A stretch of 64,000 nt of DNA from Myxococcota bacterium (GTDB lineage: Bacteria; Myxococcota_A; UBA9160; PR03). The translations under genes and the position numbers were made by a program. The notes under the pieces are model-generated. The model was not told where the DNA came from. It saw only the letters and a program-made list of their open reading frames with translations, and ran no database searches. The stretch is taken from positions 1-64,000 of the forward strand of contig JBFIML010000003.1 in NCBI GenBank assembly GCA_041611735.1, given 5' to 3'. Positions 26,831 to 35,951 of the stretch are shown piece after piece. Within the stretch, counting starts at the first letter, position 1. The number at the start of each line of letters is the position of its first letter.

Positions 26831-29095
26831 TCAGAACCCGCCCGCGCCCTCGAGCAGGATCGCGTCGTCCGTGGCCACGAAGGCGAGTCCGTTGCGCACG
26901 CGCAGGGCCAGGTGCTGGAACGACCCACCCGCGGGATCGATCGAGACGTCCTCGTTCAGATCGGCGAAGTCGCCGTCGTTGTTGGCGTCCACCAGCATGC
27001 GCAGCCCAGCGGCATTGTGGACCGCCACCAGGTTCTGGCCGGTCCCCCCGGAGATGGCGCACGCGGCCGCGGGAGCGGCGGCGATCGCCGTGGTCTCTCC
27101 CGCGTCGGCGAAGTCCCCATCGCCGTTCAGATCCCGCGCCACGAGGGGGGCCGAGGCGCTCGTCCCGTAGATGACCGCCAGGCGCCCGGCCGGGTCGAAG
27201 GTCGCGCCCACACAGACCACGCCCGTCACCGCGGCGACCGTGGCGAGCTCCGGGTTCCCGCTCACCGTGTCGGCGAAGTCGCCGTCCCCGTTGCGGTCGT
27301 AGGCCACCCGTACGGCGTCGTTCGCGTCGTCGAAGCTGTCGTCGCGGAAGTAGGCGTAGGCGGCCCGCCCGCTGCCGTCCACGTCCACCTGCCCCAGGTT
27401 CTTGGCCCCGGCCCCGGTGAAGCTCTCGATGGCCACCCGCTCGTTGGTCCCGCTGAAGAGGCCGTCCCCGTCGCGGTCGTGGGCCACCGTAGCGGTGCCC
27501 TGGAAGCGGCGCAGGACGTAGCCGGCCACGGGCCGACCCGAGGGATCGAAGGCGAGGCTCGGGGACCAGACCTGGCCCGGGTTGGCTGCGAGTTCGATCT
27601 GCGTCGCCTCCCCATCCTCGAGCTGGAAGTCCGCATCCTGATCCCGCACCAGCTCGACGGAGCAGGCACCGCCGCCGGTGCTGCGGCAGCGCAGGCCTGC
27701 CGCCGCGCCCGCCGGGCCCCAGGCCACCGCCAGCTGACCGTTCGCTTTCTCGGTCGGAAAGGGAACCAGGAGCTCCGGGTCCATGTCCCCGTCCGTGTCC
27801 ACCGCGTACTGCTGCATCCCACCCACGATGACCTGGCCGCTACCGAACAGATCGAGCGTCATCTGGGTCACGGGATTGAGCGCCACGGGGTTGTCGACCT
27901 GGGTCTGGGTGAAGGTGAAGGAGGACGTCACCACGTCCCCGTTCGGGAAGCTGACCTCCACCGGCTTCGCGCCGGAAGGCTGGGGCCCCACCTGCACGTC
28001 GAAGCTCCCGGACGTCACGTTCGTGGGGGTCGGATTCTGGATCCCGAAGGCCACCGAGAGGCCGGGGACGAAGTCGGTGCCCGACACGGTGACGGTGGTG
28101 GTGGCGAACGACGCAGCGCTGGCCGGCAGCAGGCCCGAGATCGTGGGCGGGAAGAAGGGGAACGAGCCCGTACCGGTCTCGCCGTTCGAGATCGTGGCAT
28201 GCACCGTCTTCGAGCCCGAGAGCTGGGGGCCGACCTGCACGTCGAAGCTGGTGGACGTCAGGTTGGTGGGCGTGGGCGTCTCGCTGCCGAAGACCACGGT
28301 GAGACCGGGCTCGAAGTTCGCGCCGTTGACGGTCACGGTGGTGGTGGCGGTGCCCGGAGCGCTGGCCGGCGCGAAGCCGCTCACCATGGGCGTCACCAGG
28401 TTGATGTTGGAGCCCTGGGCCACCTCGTCCGCATCCGAGATCCCATCGTCGTCGTTGTCGGGATCCACGAAGTTGGCGGCTCCGTCGCCGTCCGTATCGC
28501 CGAGACCCTCGCTCGGGTCGTCGTTGGGCGGGCCAGCATCGAAATTGAAGTGCTCGAAGATCTCGGTCATGACGGTCGCGTCCAGTCCGTTCACGTTCTG
28601 GGCGTCGAGGGCCGTGGTCGCCAGCGCCGCGGTGTCAGCGCTCGCCGCGCTGTCCGCACGCAGGGCATAGGGCACGGTCAGGATCTGGGTGCGGGCGAGG
28701 GCCCCGTCCGTCCCCACGGTGGTCTCTAGGAAGCGTTGGGGACCCGTGGCGCCCACGTCTCCGCCCAGGGCCGCCGAGAGGCTCGTGGTGAGCGGGTTCG
28801 CCGGCGTGTCGGTGGGAGAGCCCGTCGGCCCGAGCGGCACGCTGAAGACCCCGTCGGTCAACGGCACTCCGAAGAACGTCTGCTTGTAGATCAGGATGCC
28901 GCCCACCAGGGCGTCGTAGACGCGCAGGGTGAGGTCCACGCTGCCGGTGCGGGGCTGGCCCAGATCGTCCAGCAGGACACCTTGGTAGGTCATCTGCTGG
29001 GGGGTGACGGGAGGCGCCGCCGCGGCGGGGGCTCCCGCCAGGAGCGCGAAGGCCAGAGCGAACCACGCGTTCCGTCCGTGCGTGCACCTGCTCAT
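26831..29095 (-). CDS. Large secreted modular protein: TYQG-type N-domain, Ca-binding Dx[DN]xDG motifs, two IPT/TIG-like repeats, propeller-like C-terminus
   Basis: Signal peptide; QQMTYQGVLLD...VPYALRA; DTDGDG...DDDGISD; two 81-aa repeats; repeated DxNGDGDFAD. Confidence 0.8.
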   Translation of the reverse strand: MSRCTHGRNAWFALAFALLAGAPAAAAPPVTPQQMTYQGVLLDDLGQPRTGSVDLTLRVYDALVGGILIYKQTFFGVPLTDGVFSVPLGPTGSPTDTPANPLTTSLSAALGGDVGATGPQRFLETTVGTDGALARTQILTVPYALRADSAASADTAALATTALDAQNVNGLDATVMTEIFEHFNFDAGPPNDDPSEGLGDTDGDGAANFVDPDNDDDGISDADEVAQGSNINLVTPMVSGFAPASAPGTATTTVTVNGANFEPGLTVVFGSETPTPTNLTSTSFDVQVGPQLSGSKTVHATISNGETGTGSFPFFPPTISGLLPASAASFATTTVTVSGTDFVPGLSVAFGIQNPTPTNVTSGSFDVQVGPQPSGAKPVEVSFPNGDVVTSSFTFTQTQVDNPVALNPVTQMTLDLFGSGQVIVGGMQQYAVDTDGDMDPELLVPFPTEKANGQLAVAWGPAGAAAGLRCRSTGGGACSVELVRDQDADFQLEDGEATQIELAANPGQVWSPSLAFDPSGRPVAGYVLRRFQGTATVAHDRDGDGLFSGTNERVAIESFTGAGAKNLGQVDVDGSGRAAYAYFRDDSFDDANDAVRVAYDRNGDGDFADTVSGNPELATVAAVTGVVCVGATFDPAGRLAVIYGTSASAPLVARDLNGDGDFADAGETTAIAAAPAAACAISGGTGQNLVAVHNAAGLRMLVDANNDGDFADLNEDVSIDPAGGSFQHLALRVRNGLAFVATDDAILLEGAGGF
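27908..28390 (-). repeat. Two tandem 243-nt (81-aa) IPT/TIG-like repeats
   Basis: PMVSGFAPAS...TTTVTVNGANF...SFDVQVGPQ versus PTISGLLPAS...TTTVTVSGTDF...SFDVQVGPQ. Confidence 0.85.
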
Positions 29096-29724
29096 GGCGT
29101 CCCCCCCGCGATCAGGGCCTCCGAGACCTCCACGAAGCCCTGTCGGAGCGTCCCGCCGCCCGTCAAGGCCACCGGCTCCGAGGCGAAGGGCTCGCCGAAG
29201 CTCGCGCCGAAGAGCGTGCCCTCGGCGCCCGAGGTCTCCGGCTCCTCGATCGCCGCCGCTGGCACGACCTCGGCCGCCAGGGCGAAGCCGTCCACCACCT
29301 GGAAGCTCGCCGTATCCGCGAAGGGCTGGCCGTCGCCCGAACGGGTGCCCTGCACGGCCACCGCGTGGGTCCCTGGCGAGAGGCCCGCCAGGGCGAGATC
29401 GATGGTCATGGGCCCGACCTGGCTGTCGAAGCTGAAGCCGCTCACCGTGACCAGATCGCTGCCTACGAGCACCGCCCCCGAGGCAGCGAAGAAGGGCGGC
29501 GTGAGCCCGAGGGCGGCGATCAGGTCCACGCCGTCCAGGCGCACCTGGACGCTGGTCTTCACGAAGTTGCCGCCGACCCGCGCCGCCACCTGGATGGCCG
29601 GGTCGTCGATCAGGGTGACGCGCGGCTCGTCCACCACGATGGTCTGGAAGCCTCCGCAGACCAACGCGAGCCCCATGGGCAGCAGGACGAGGAGCGCCAG
29701 AAGGCGGCGGCGCGACCCGGGCAT
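29092..29724 (-). CDS. Secreted hypothetical protein coupled to the large modular protein
   Basis: Signal-like N-terminus; beta-rich; C-terminal GASFGEP...GGGTLRQGF; ATGA overlap. Confidence 0.72.
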   Translation of the reverse strand: MPGSRRRLLALLVLLPMGLALVCGGFQTIVVDEPRVTLIDDPAIQVAARVGGNFVKTSVQVRLDGVDLIAALGLTPPFFAASGAVLVGSDLVTVSGFSFDSQVGPMTIDLALAGLSPGTHAVAVQGTRSGDGQPFADTASFQVVDGFALAAEVVPAAAIEEPETSGAEGTLFGASFGEPFASEPVALTGGGTLRQGFVEVSEALIAGGTP

Positions 29725-29778
29725 GGCCCCTTGTTAGCACCATCTCCTCGACCCCAGGGGGAAAACGGCCTCCACCCG

Positions 29779-30357
29779 CTAGGGCTGGAGCAGCACCCTC
29801 TGCCAGCCCCGCGACGTCCGGACGAAGCGCTCCCGATGGTGGAGGCGATCGGGCCGGTCGGTCCAGAACTCCAGCGCCCGCGGCACCAGGAGGAAGCCGG
29901 TCCAGGCAGCGGGCCGGGGCACCGGGCCACCGGCCAGGCGCCGGGCGAGGGCCTGCCGTCGCGCGGCGAGCGCGCGACGGCTCCCGAGCCGGGCACTCTG
30001 GCGCGACGCGGCGGCGGAGAGCTGGCTCCCGCGCGGGCGAGTCACCCAGTAGGCCTCGGCCTCCTCGGGTGCCAGACGCTCGACCCGCCCCTCGACGCGC
30101 ACCTGACGTCCGAGCCGCTCCCAGTAGAAGGCCAGCGCCGCCTGGGGGTTGGCGGCGAGCTCGCGCCCCTTGCGGCTGCGGGCGTCACTGAAGAAGACGA
30201 AGCCCCGGGAATCGGCGCCCTTGAGCAGCACGTAGCGCAGCGACGGCCGGCCCGATCGGGTTGCGGTGGCCAGGGCCACGGCGTCCCGGGGCGGGGCCGC
30301 GGCGCGGCCCGCTGCGCGCCACCAGCTCCGGAAGCGGGCGATCGGGTCCCCGGTCAA
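29779..30357 (-). CDS. pdxH: Pyridoxine/pyridoxamine 5'-phosphate oxidase
   Basis: LATA, PSLRYVLLK, SRKG, RQVRVEG, EFW, RLHHR, LLQP end; TTG start overlaps upstream TGA. Confidence 0.92.
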   Translation of the reverse strand: MTGDPIARFRSWWRAAGRAAAPPRDAVALATATRSGRPSLRYVLLKGADSRGFVFFSDARSRKGRELAANPQAALAFYWERLGRQVRVEGRVERLAPEEAEAYWVTRPRGSQLSAAASRQSARLGSRRALAARRQALARRLAGGPVPRPAAWTGFLLVPRALEFWTDRPDRLHHRERFVRTSRGWQRVLLQP

Positions 30358-31139
30358 CGCGCACCCGTGCGTCCGCCACGCGCGGTGGTCGGCTTGCGCT
30401 TCCGCTCCTGGCGCAGGCGCTCCACCGCCACCGCCGCCAGCGCCGCCTGCAGGTTGTAGGAGGGGACGAATCCCGCCATGGGGATGCGGATGGTGTCGTC
30501 GCAGCGGCGGAGCACCGGCGCAGGGATGCCGCGCCCCTCGCCGCCGATCACGAAGAGCACGGGGCCCATGAGATCCAGCTCCCAGGGCGCCCGCCGGCCC
30601 GAATCCTCCACCGCCAGCACGCGCCGCCCCGCGCGCCGCGCCGTCTCGAGCACGGCTTCCGCCTTCGCCCAGCGCACCGGGAAGAAGCGCTCCGCGTGCA
30701 TGGAGGCGCGCAGGGCCTGCTTGCGACCGCGGGCACCCAGGGCCGCATCCAGGAAGATCGCGTCGGCGCCGGAGACCTCGGCGGTGCGAATCGCGAAGCC
30801 GGCGTTGCCGGGGTAGCTCACGCCGGCCAGCAGCCAGGCCGCGCCGCGCGCCGCCAGCAGGGTGGCGGCGTCCGCCCCGGGGTCGGGCCCCAGCAGGCCG
30901 AGCAAGGGCTGCGGCGGGTCCACCCGGCACATGCGCCGCAGGTCGTTGGTCGTCACCCGGCGCACGGGCACACCGGCGGCTGCCGCGCGGGCCACGGCCG
31001 CGCGGCTGGCGGGATCGAGGGCGCCCGGGCGCGCCAGCAGGAGGCGCAGGGGCGCGCGCCGCCGCAAGGCCGCCGCGACCTCCGCCGCCCCCACCAGCTG
31101 GCGGCGGACGGGCGGCGCTTCAGGCACGCAGCCGTCCAA
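30354..31139 (-). CDS. TrmH/SpoU-family RNA methyltransferase
   Basis: PGNAGFAIRTA, GGEGRGI, IPMAGFVPSYN; start is TTG 31139 or GTG 31127. Confidence 0.88.
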   Translation of the reverse strand: MDGCVPEAPPVRRQLVGAAEVAAALRRRAPLRLLLARPGALDPASRAAVARAAAAGVPVRRVTTNDLRRMCRVDPPQPLLGLLGPDPGADAATLLAARGAAWLLAGVSYPGNAGFAIRTAEVSGADAIFLDAALGARGRKQALRASMHAERFFPVRWAKAEAVLETARRAGRRVLAVEDSGRRAPWELDLMGPVLFVIGGEGRGIPAPVLRRCDDTIRIPMAGFVPSYNLQAALAAVAVERLRQERKRKPTTARGGRTGAR

Positions 31140-33279
31140 CGGCGTTCGCCAGCAACCGCAGCCCGAGGTCGTAGCGCGTCAGGATCGACTCCGGATGGAA
31201 CTGCACCGCCGCGATCGGGAGCTCCTCGTGCTCCACGGCCATCACTACGCCGTCCTCGCACTCGGCGGTCACCTCGAGCACCGCGGGCAACTTCTCGCGC
31301 ACCGCGAAGAGCGAGTGGTAGCGACCGGCCTCGAAGCGCTCCGGGAGGCCTTCGAAGAGCCTCCCGCCCCGGACCAGCACCGGGGAGGGCTTGCCATGCA
31401 TCGGAGAGGGCAGCACGCCCAGCTCGCCGCCGAAGGCCTCCACGATCCCCTGGAGCCCGAGGCACACGCCGAAGATCGGAATTCCCCGCTGGCGCAGGGC
31501 TCCGACCGTGGCCGCCACCTCGAAGTCGCCGGGCCGGCCCGGCCCCGGAGAGAGGACCACGAGATCCGGGGCCAGCCGATCCAGCTCGCTGGTCGGGAAG
31601 CCGGCCCGCAGCGTCACCACGTCGGCGCCGGTCTGGCGCAAGTAGTTGGCGAGGGTGTGCACGAAGGAGTCCTGATGGTCGATCAGGAGCACACGCCGGC
31701 CGGCTCCGACGCGCAGGGGCGCTGGCCGGGTCCGATCCTCCGCCGCCTCGCGCCCGATGGCGTCCAGGAAGGCGGAGGCCTTGATCCGCGTCTCCCGCTC
31801 CTCGGCCTCGGGATCCGAGTCGAAGAGCAGCGTGGCCCCCGCGCGGACCTCGGCCATGCCGTCCTTCAGCCGGATGGTCCGCAGCGTGAGGCCGGTGTTC
31901 AGATTTCCGTCGAAGCCGACCATGCCCACCGCGCCGCCGTACCAGGCCCGGGCCGAGCGCTCGTGATCCTCCACGAACTGCATGGCCCAGGTCTTCGGCG
32001 CGCCGGTCACGGTGACGGCCCACGCGTGGGCCAGGAAGGCGTCGAGGGCGTCGAAGCCCTCGCGCAGGGTCCCCTCCACGTGGTCCACGGTGTGGATGAG
32101 CCGCGAGTAGATCTCGATCTGCCGGCGCCCGATCACGCGCACGGAGCCCGGCCGGCAGATGCGCGACTTGTCGTTGCGGTCCACGTCGGTGCACATGGTG
32201 AGCTCGGACTCGTCCTTGCTCGACGTGAGCAGGTGCCGGATCTGCTCGGCATCGCCGATGGCGTCCGAGCCGCGCTCGATGGTGCCCGCAATGGGGCACG
32301 TCTCGACGCGCTCTCCCTCCACGCGCACGTACATTTCGGGGGAGGCTCCCACCAGGTACTCGCCCTCTCCCAGGTTCATCAGGAAGCCGTAGGGCGAGGG
32401 GTTGCGCTGGCGGAGGCGGCGGAACAGTCGCGAGGGCGGGTCCGGGCAGGGGCGCCGGAAGGTCTGGCTGAGCACCACCTCGAAGAGGTCGCCGCGCTGG
32501 AAGGCCTCGCGTGCGGTGCGCACGGCGTCGGCGTACTCGCCCGGGGCGTGGTCACCGCCCTCGGGACCACGGCCCGGCACGGGCGCCGCTTCCTCGGGGC
32601 CCTGGCGCGGCAGCCCCTGGGTCGAGGCTCCCTCCAGCTCGAACTCGTAGCGACGCCGCAGCGCCGTCTCCCGCTGGTGGTCCACCACCAGCAGCTCGTC
32701 CGGCAGGTAGAGCACCAGGTCCCGCTGGTCCGAAGGACGCGGCAGCCGCTGCTGCACCGGCTCGAACTGGAAGGCCAGATCGTAGCCGAAGGCGCCGTAG
32801 AGGCCGAGGTGCGGCTCCTGGTCCGAGGCGAACAGCTCGACCCAGGCTCGCAGCAGGGAGAAGACCGAGGGCTGCTTGCTGCGCTCCTCCTCCGGGAAGC
32901 GGCCCGCCGGCTCCCGGATCGCTCCGCGCAGCTCCGTCTCGCCGCGCTCCAGCCGCGCCGTGGCCGGCAGCGCTTCGAAGGTCCGCTCCAGGGCGGGCAG
33001 CAGCACGCGGCCGCGGGCGTTGCGGGCCGTCACCCGGAAGTCGCGACCCCGCGCCACCAGGGCGAGGGGCGGGTCGCAGAAGCCCAGATCCCAGCGCGTG
33101 TAGCGGCCCGGGTACTCGAAGCTCGAGGCGAGCAGCACACCGGCTCGCCGGTCCAGGCGGTCGATCAGCGCCTCGACGGCGCGCACGCCGTCGACGGGCT
33201 CGACCTCCCGCCGCACGCGGATCCCGCCCCGGGTGACGCTCTCGTGCGCCGTCGCGGAGCCCGTCTGGGATCGAAGCAT
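31120..33279 (-). CDS. trpE: Anthranilate synthase, fused components I and II (TrpE(G))
   Basis: SSFEYPGRYTRWD, NPSPY, GASPE, PIAGT, DVDRND, TGAPK; GATase domain with GVCLG and FHPES. Confidence 0.95.
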   Translation of the reverse strand: MLRSQTGSATAHESVTRGGIRVRREVEPVDGVRAVEALIDRLDRRAGVLLASSFEYPGRYTRWDLGFCDPPLALVARGRDFRVTARNARGRVLLPALERTFEALPATARLERGETELRGAIREPAGRFPEEERSKQPSVFSLLRAWVELFASDQEPHLGLYGAFGYDLAFQFEPVQQRLPRPSDQRDLVLYLPDELLVVDHQRETALRRRYEFELEGASTQGLPRQGPEEAAPVPGRGPEGGDHAPGEYADAVRTAREAFQRGDLFEVVLSQTFRRPCPDPPSRLFRRLRQRNPSPYGFLMNLGEGEYLVGASPEMYVRVEGERVETCPIAGTIERGSDAIGDAEQIRHLLTSSKDESELTMCTDVDRNDKSRICRPGSVRVIGRRQIEIYSRLIHTVDHVEGTLREGFDALDAFLAHAWAVTVTGAPKTWAMQFVEDHERSARAWYGGAVGMVGFDGNLNTGLTLRTIRLKDGMAEVRAGATLLFDSDPEAEERETRIKASAFLDAIGREAAEDRTRPAPLRVGAGRRVLLIDHQDSFVHTLANYLRQTGADVVTLRAGFPTSELDRLAPDLVVLSPGPGRPGDFEVAATVGALRQRGIPIFGVCLGLQGIVEAFGGELGVLPSPMHGKPSPVLVRGGRLFEGLPERFEAGRYHSLFAVREKLPAVLEVTAECEDGVVMAVEHEELPIAAVQFHPESILTRYDLGLRLLANAVGRLRA

Positions 33280-33317
33280 GGGATCGTCCTCACCCGGCCG
33301 CCGGGGGCCCGAACGCA

Positions 33318-33353
33318 AGGGACCGCCGCCCCGGATCCGAAGCGGCGGTCCCT
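33318..33353 (-). terminator. Second GC hairpin in the trpE(G) leader
   Basis: Perfect 12-bp IR AGGGACCGCCGC / GCGGCGGTCCCT; poor U-tract. Confidence 0.55.
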
Positions 33354-33355
33354 GG

Positions 33356-33386
33356 AAACCGAAAGGCCGCCTCGGAGAGACGGCCT
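33356..33386 (-). terminator. trp attenuator terminator
   Basis: AGGCCGTCTC-TCC-GAGGCGGCCT followed by TTCGGTTT on the minus strand. Confidence 0.8.
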
Positions 33387-33425
33387 CGAAACCTCACGGA
33401 ACGCGAATGCCCGTGGCCGCCCCGA

Positions 33426-33497
33426 CTAGCGAGGCGTCCACCAGCCCCGGCCACGGCGGCCACGGCGGAAACCGGCATGCGCGAATCCGTCGACCAT
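33426..33497 (-). CDS. trpL: trp leader peptide MVDGFAHAGFRRGRRGRGWWTPR (23 aa; not in ORF track)
   Basis: ATG...TGG TGG ACG CCT CGC TAG directly upstream of alternative hairpins and trpE(G). Confidence 0.85.
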   Translation of the reverse strand: MVDGFAHAGFRRGRRGRGWWTPR

Positions 33498-33539
33498 TGG
33501 CGCAAACCGTGCCCGATCGGTTTCCCCGCGTCAAGAGGG

Positions 33540-33570
33540 CCGGGAGGCCCGAGCCGGTCGGGCCTCCCGG
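33540..33570 (-). terminator. Hairpin terminator after dodecin
   Basis: 13-bp perfect IR CCGGGAGGCCCGA / TCGGGCCTCCCGG, 7 nt after the stop. Confidence 0.7.
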
Positions 33571-33577
33571 TTCGGGT

Positions 33578-33781
33578 CTAGCGCTCCACCCGGAACGCGA
33601 ACTTCACGTTGGCGTGGTACTCGGTGATCTTGCTCTTCTCGACCTTGGCCGTCGTGTTCAGGACGTCCACCCCGGTGATGTTGCGAACAGTCTTGGAGGC
33701 CTCCTTGAGGGCGTTCTCCACGGCGTCGTGCCAGCTCTTGTTCGAGATTCCGACCAGCTCCAGTACCTTGATGGCAGGCAT
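33578..33781 (-). CDS. Dodecin-family flavin-binding protein
   Basis: KVLELVGISNKSWHDAVENAL...ITEYHANVKFAF; AGGAGG SD. Confidence 0.93.
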   Translation of the reverse strand: MPAIKVLELVGISNKSWHDAVENALKEASKTVRNITGVDVLNTTAKVEKSKITEYHANVKFAFRVER

Positions 33782-33871
33782 GCATCCTCCTGTGGTGGTT
33801 GAGGGTGAGGGGATCTTCCCCCCGCCCGATCGCTCGGGCCGCAAGGAGAGACGCACCCAGCCGGCGAGGAT

Positions 33872-34885
33872 TCAACGGCTCGCGAGGAGCAGCTCGCCGA
33901 TCTGGATCGCGTTCAGGGCGGCGCCCTTGCCGAGCTGGTCGCCAACCGCCCAGAGGGCGAGCCCGCGCCCATCGGGCACCGAGACATCCGGGCGGATACG
34001 ACCCACCGAGATCTCGTCTCCCTCCGAGCACTCGAGGGGCGTCGGGTAGCGGTCCGCAGCGGCGTCGTCCTCCACGACGACACCGGGTGCTGCTTCGAGC
34101 ACGTCGATGGCGGCCTGCCGCGTGACCGGCCGCTCGAACTCCAGGTGGAGTGCCACGGCGTGGGAGCGCAGCACGGGCACGCGCACGCAGGTGGCGCTGG
34201 CTCGCAGGCTCTGGTGGTGCAGGATCTTGCAGCTCTCCCAGAGGAACTTCATCTCCTCCTTGGTGTAGAGGTTCTCCTGCACGGCGTCGATGCGCGGGAT
34301 CACGTTGAAGGCGATCTGCTTGGGCTGGTGCTTGACCTGGAGCGGCCGCCCGGCCACCCAGTCGCGCACCTGCTGCTCGAGCTCCGCCATGGCCTGGGCT
34401 CCGGCGCCGCTGATCGCCTGGTAGCTGCACATTACCGCCCGCCGCAGCCCGAAGGCCCGGTGCAACGGTCCCATGGCCATGAGCGCCACGATCGTGGTGC
34501 AGTTGGGGTTCGCCACGATACCCCGGTGGCGGAAGGCGTCGTCCGGGTTCAGCTCGGGGATGACGAGCGGGACGTCGGCGTCGTAACGGAAGGCGCTCGA
34601 GTTGTCGATCACCACGGCGCCGGCTTGCACCGCGTGGGGCGCGAACTCCTTGCTGGTCCCGCCGCCGGCGCTGAAGAAGGCCTGGTCCACGCCGGGGAAG
34701 GACGCGGCCGTGAGCTCCTCCACCTGGAGCTCGCGGCCCCGGAAGGCGATGCGCCGCCCGACGCTGCGGCGACTCGCCAGCAGGCGCAGCTCCCGGATCG
34801 GGTAGTCACGCAGCGCGAACAGGCGCAGCAACTCCGCGCCCACGGCTCCCGTGGCTCCGGCGACGGCCACATTGACGGGCTTCAT
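33872..34885 (-). CDS. asd: Aspartate-semialdehyde dehydrogenase
   Basis: GATGAVG, IDNSSAFR, ANPNCTT, YQAISGAG, CVRVPV, KGAALNA. Confidence 0.96.
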   Translation of the reverse strand: MKPVNVAVAGATGAVGAELLRLFALRDYPIRELRLLASRRSVGRRIAFRGRELQVEELTAASFPGVDQAFFSAGGGTSKEFAPHAVQAGAVVIDNSSAFRYDADVPLVIPELNPDDAFRHRGIVANPNCTTIVALMAMGPLHRAFGLRRAVMCSYQAISGAGAQAMAELEQQVRDWVAGRPLQVKHQPKQIAFNVIPRIDAVQENLYTKEEMKFLWESCKILHHQSLRASATCVRVPVLRSHAVALHLEFERPVTRQAAIDVLEAAPGVVVEDDAAADRYPTPLECSEGDEISVGRIRPDVSVPDGRGLALWAVGDQLGKGAALNAIQIGELLLASR

Positions 34886-35012
34886 GAGCGCCGAAGGTAG
34901 CAGACCGGTCCGGTTGGCCGGGCGGTCGGCGGCGGCGGCGCTTGCGCAGCGGCGAGGCGGAGGGCCCTGCGGCCGTCTAGAATGGCGGTCGCACCCGCCG
35001 CCAGGGGGAGAC

Positions 35013-35951
35013 ATGCCCAGCAGCCCGGGTCAACCGGCCGATCCGGAGGCGGCGGACGTCTCCTTTCCCGGCGCCGGGACCCCCGATCGCTTCCGCTCCG
35101 TCGACTCCTTCGGCCTGCGCCTCGCCGTCTACGAGTGGGGTGACCCGGCGGCACCGGTCCTCCTGCTGGCCCACGGCGGCTTCGACTTCGCGCGCACCTT
35201 CGACGTCTTTGCGCCACTGCTGGCGGCGGGGGGCTGGCGGGTGGTCTCCTGGGACCACCGTGGCCACGGGGACTCGGCCCACGCGGCCCTCTACTCCTGG
35301 GAGGCCGATGTACGCGATGCGCTCCGGGTGCTGGACTCCACCACGCGCGAGCCGGCTGTCTTCGTGGGCCACTCGAAGGGGGGAGCCGTGCTGACCCAGC
35401 TCGCCTTGAGCTGCCCGCACCGGGCCACCCACCTCGTGAGCATCGACGGCATGCCGTCGCGCCGTCGCCACCCGGACGTGGCGGACCACGAGCGCACGCG
35501 GCTGCTGGCCGAGGACCTGGCGGGGTGGCTCGACCACCGCCGGCGGGCGGCGACCCTGGTGCGCAAGCCCGGCACCTTGGACGATCTGGCCAGGCGGCGC
35601 GGCCGGATGAATCCGCGCCTCTCGCACGCCTGGCTGCGGTATCTGGTCGGGGTCGGGGCCCGGCGCGACCCGGACGGCTGGCGCTGGAAGATCGATCCCT
35701 CGCTGCGCTTCGGGGGCTTCGGACCCTTCCGGCCCGAATGGCATCTGGAGCGCCTGCCCTCGCTCGCCATGCCGTTGCTCGGCCTGCTCGGGGCGGTCCA
35801 GGAGCCCATGGGTTGGGACACGACGCCGGGCGTCCTCAAGCCGTACCTGCCCCCCGAGTCGCGCATCGAGCTGTTCGGGGACACGGGGCACTTCATCCAC
35901 ATCGAGCGGCCCGACGCGGTGGCGAAGCTGGTCTTGGAGTTCGTGGCGTGA
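35013..35951 (+). CDS. Alpha/beta hydrolase
   Basis: HGGFD oxyanion motif, DHRGHG, GHSKGG, TGHFIH. Confidence 0.9.
   Translation: MPSSPGQPADPEAADVSFPGAGTPDRFRSVDSFGLRLAVYEWGDPAAPVLLLAHGGFDFARTFDVFAPLLAAGGWRVVSWDHRGHGDSAHAALYSWEADVRDALRVLDSTTREPAVFVGHSKGGAVLTQLALSCPHRATHLVSIDGMPSRRRHPDVADHERTRLLAEDLAGWLDHRRRAATLVRKPGTLDDLARRRGRMNPRLSHAWLRYLVGVGARRDPDGWRWKIDPSLRFGGFGPFRPEWHLERLPSLAMPLLGLLGAVQEPMGWDTTPGVLKPYLPPESRIELFGDTGHFIHIERPDAVAKLVLEFVA

Noticed and set aside
26960-27490. Regularly spaced DNA repeats (TCGGCGAAGTC...) that could look like a CRISPR array
   Set aside because: They encode in-frame DGDFAD peptide motifs with variable spacing, and no cas genes are present.
29779-33279. Fused TrpE-G plus a PdxH homologue resembling phenazine phzE/phzG
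   Set aside because: No phzA/B, phzD or phzF is present; the NPSPY feedback motif and the Trp attenuator indicate ordinary Trp biosynthesis.
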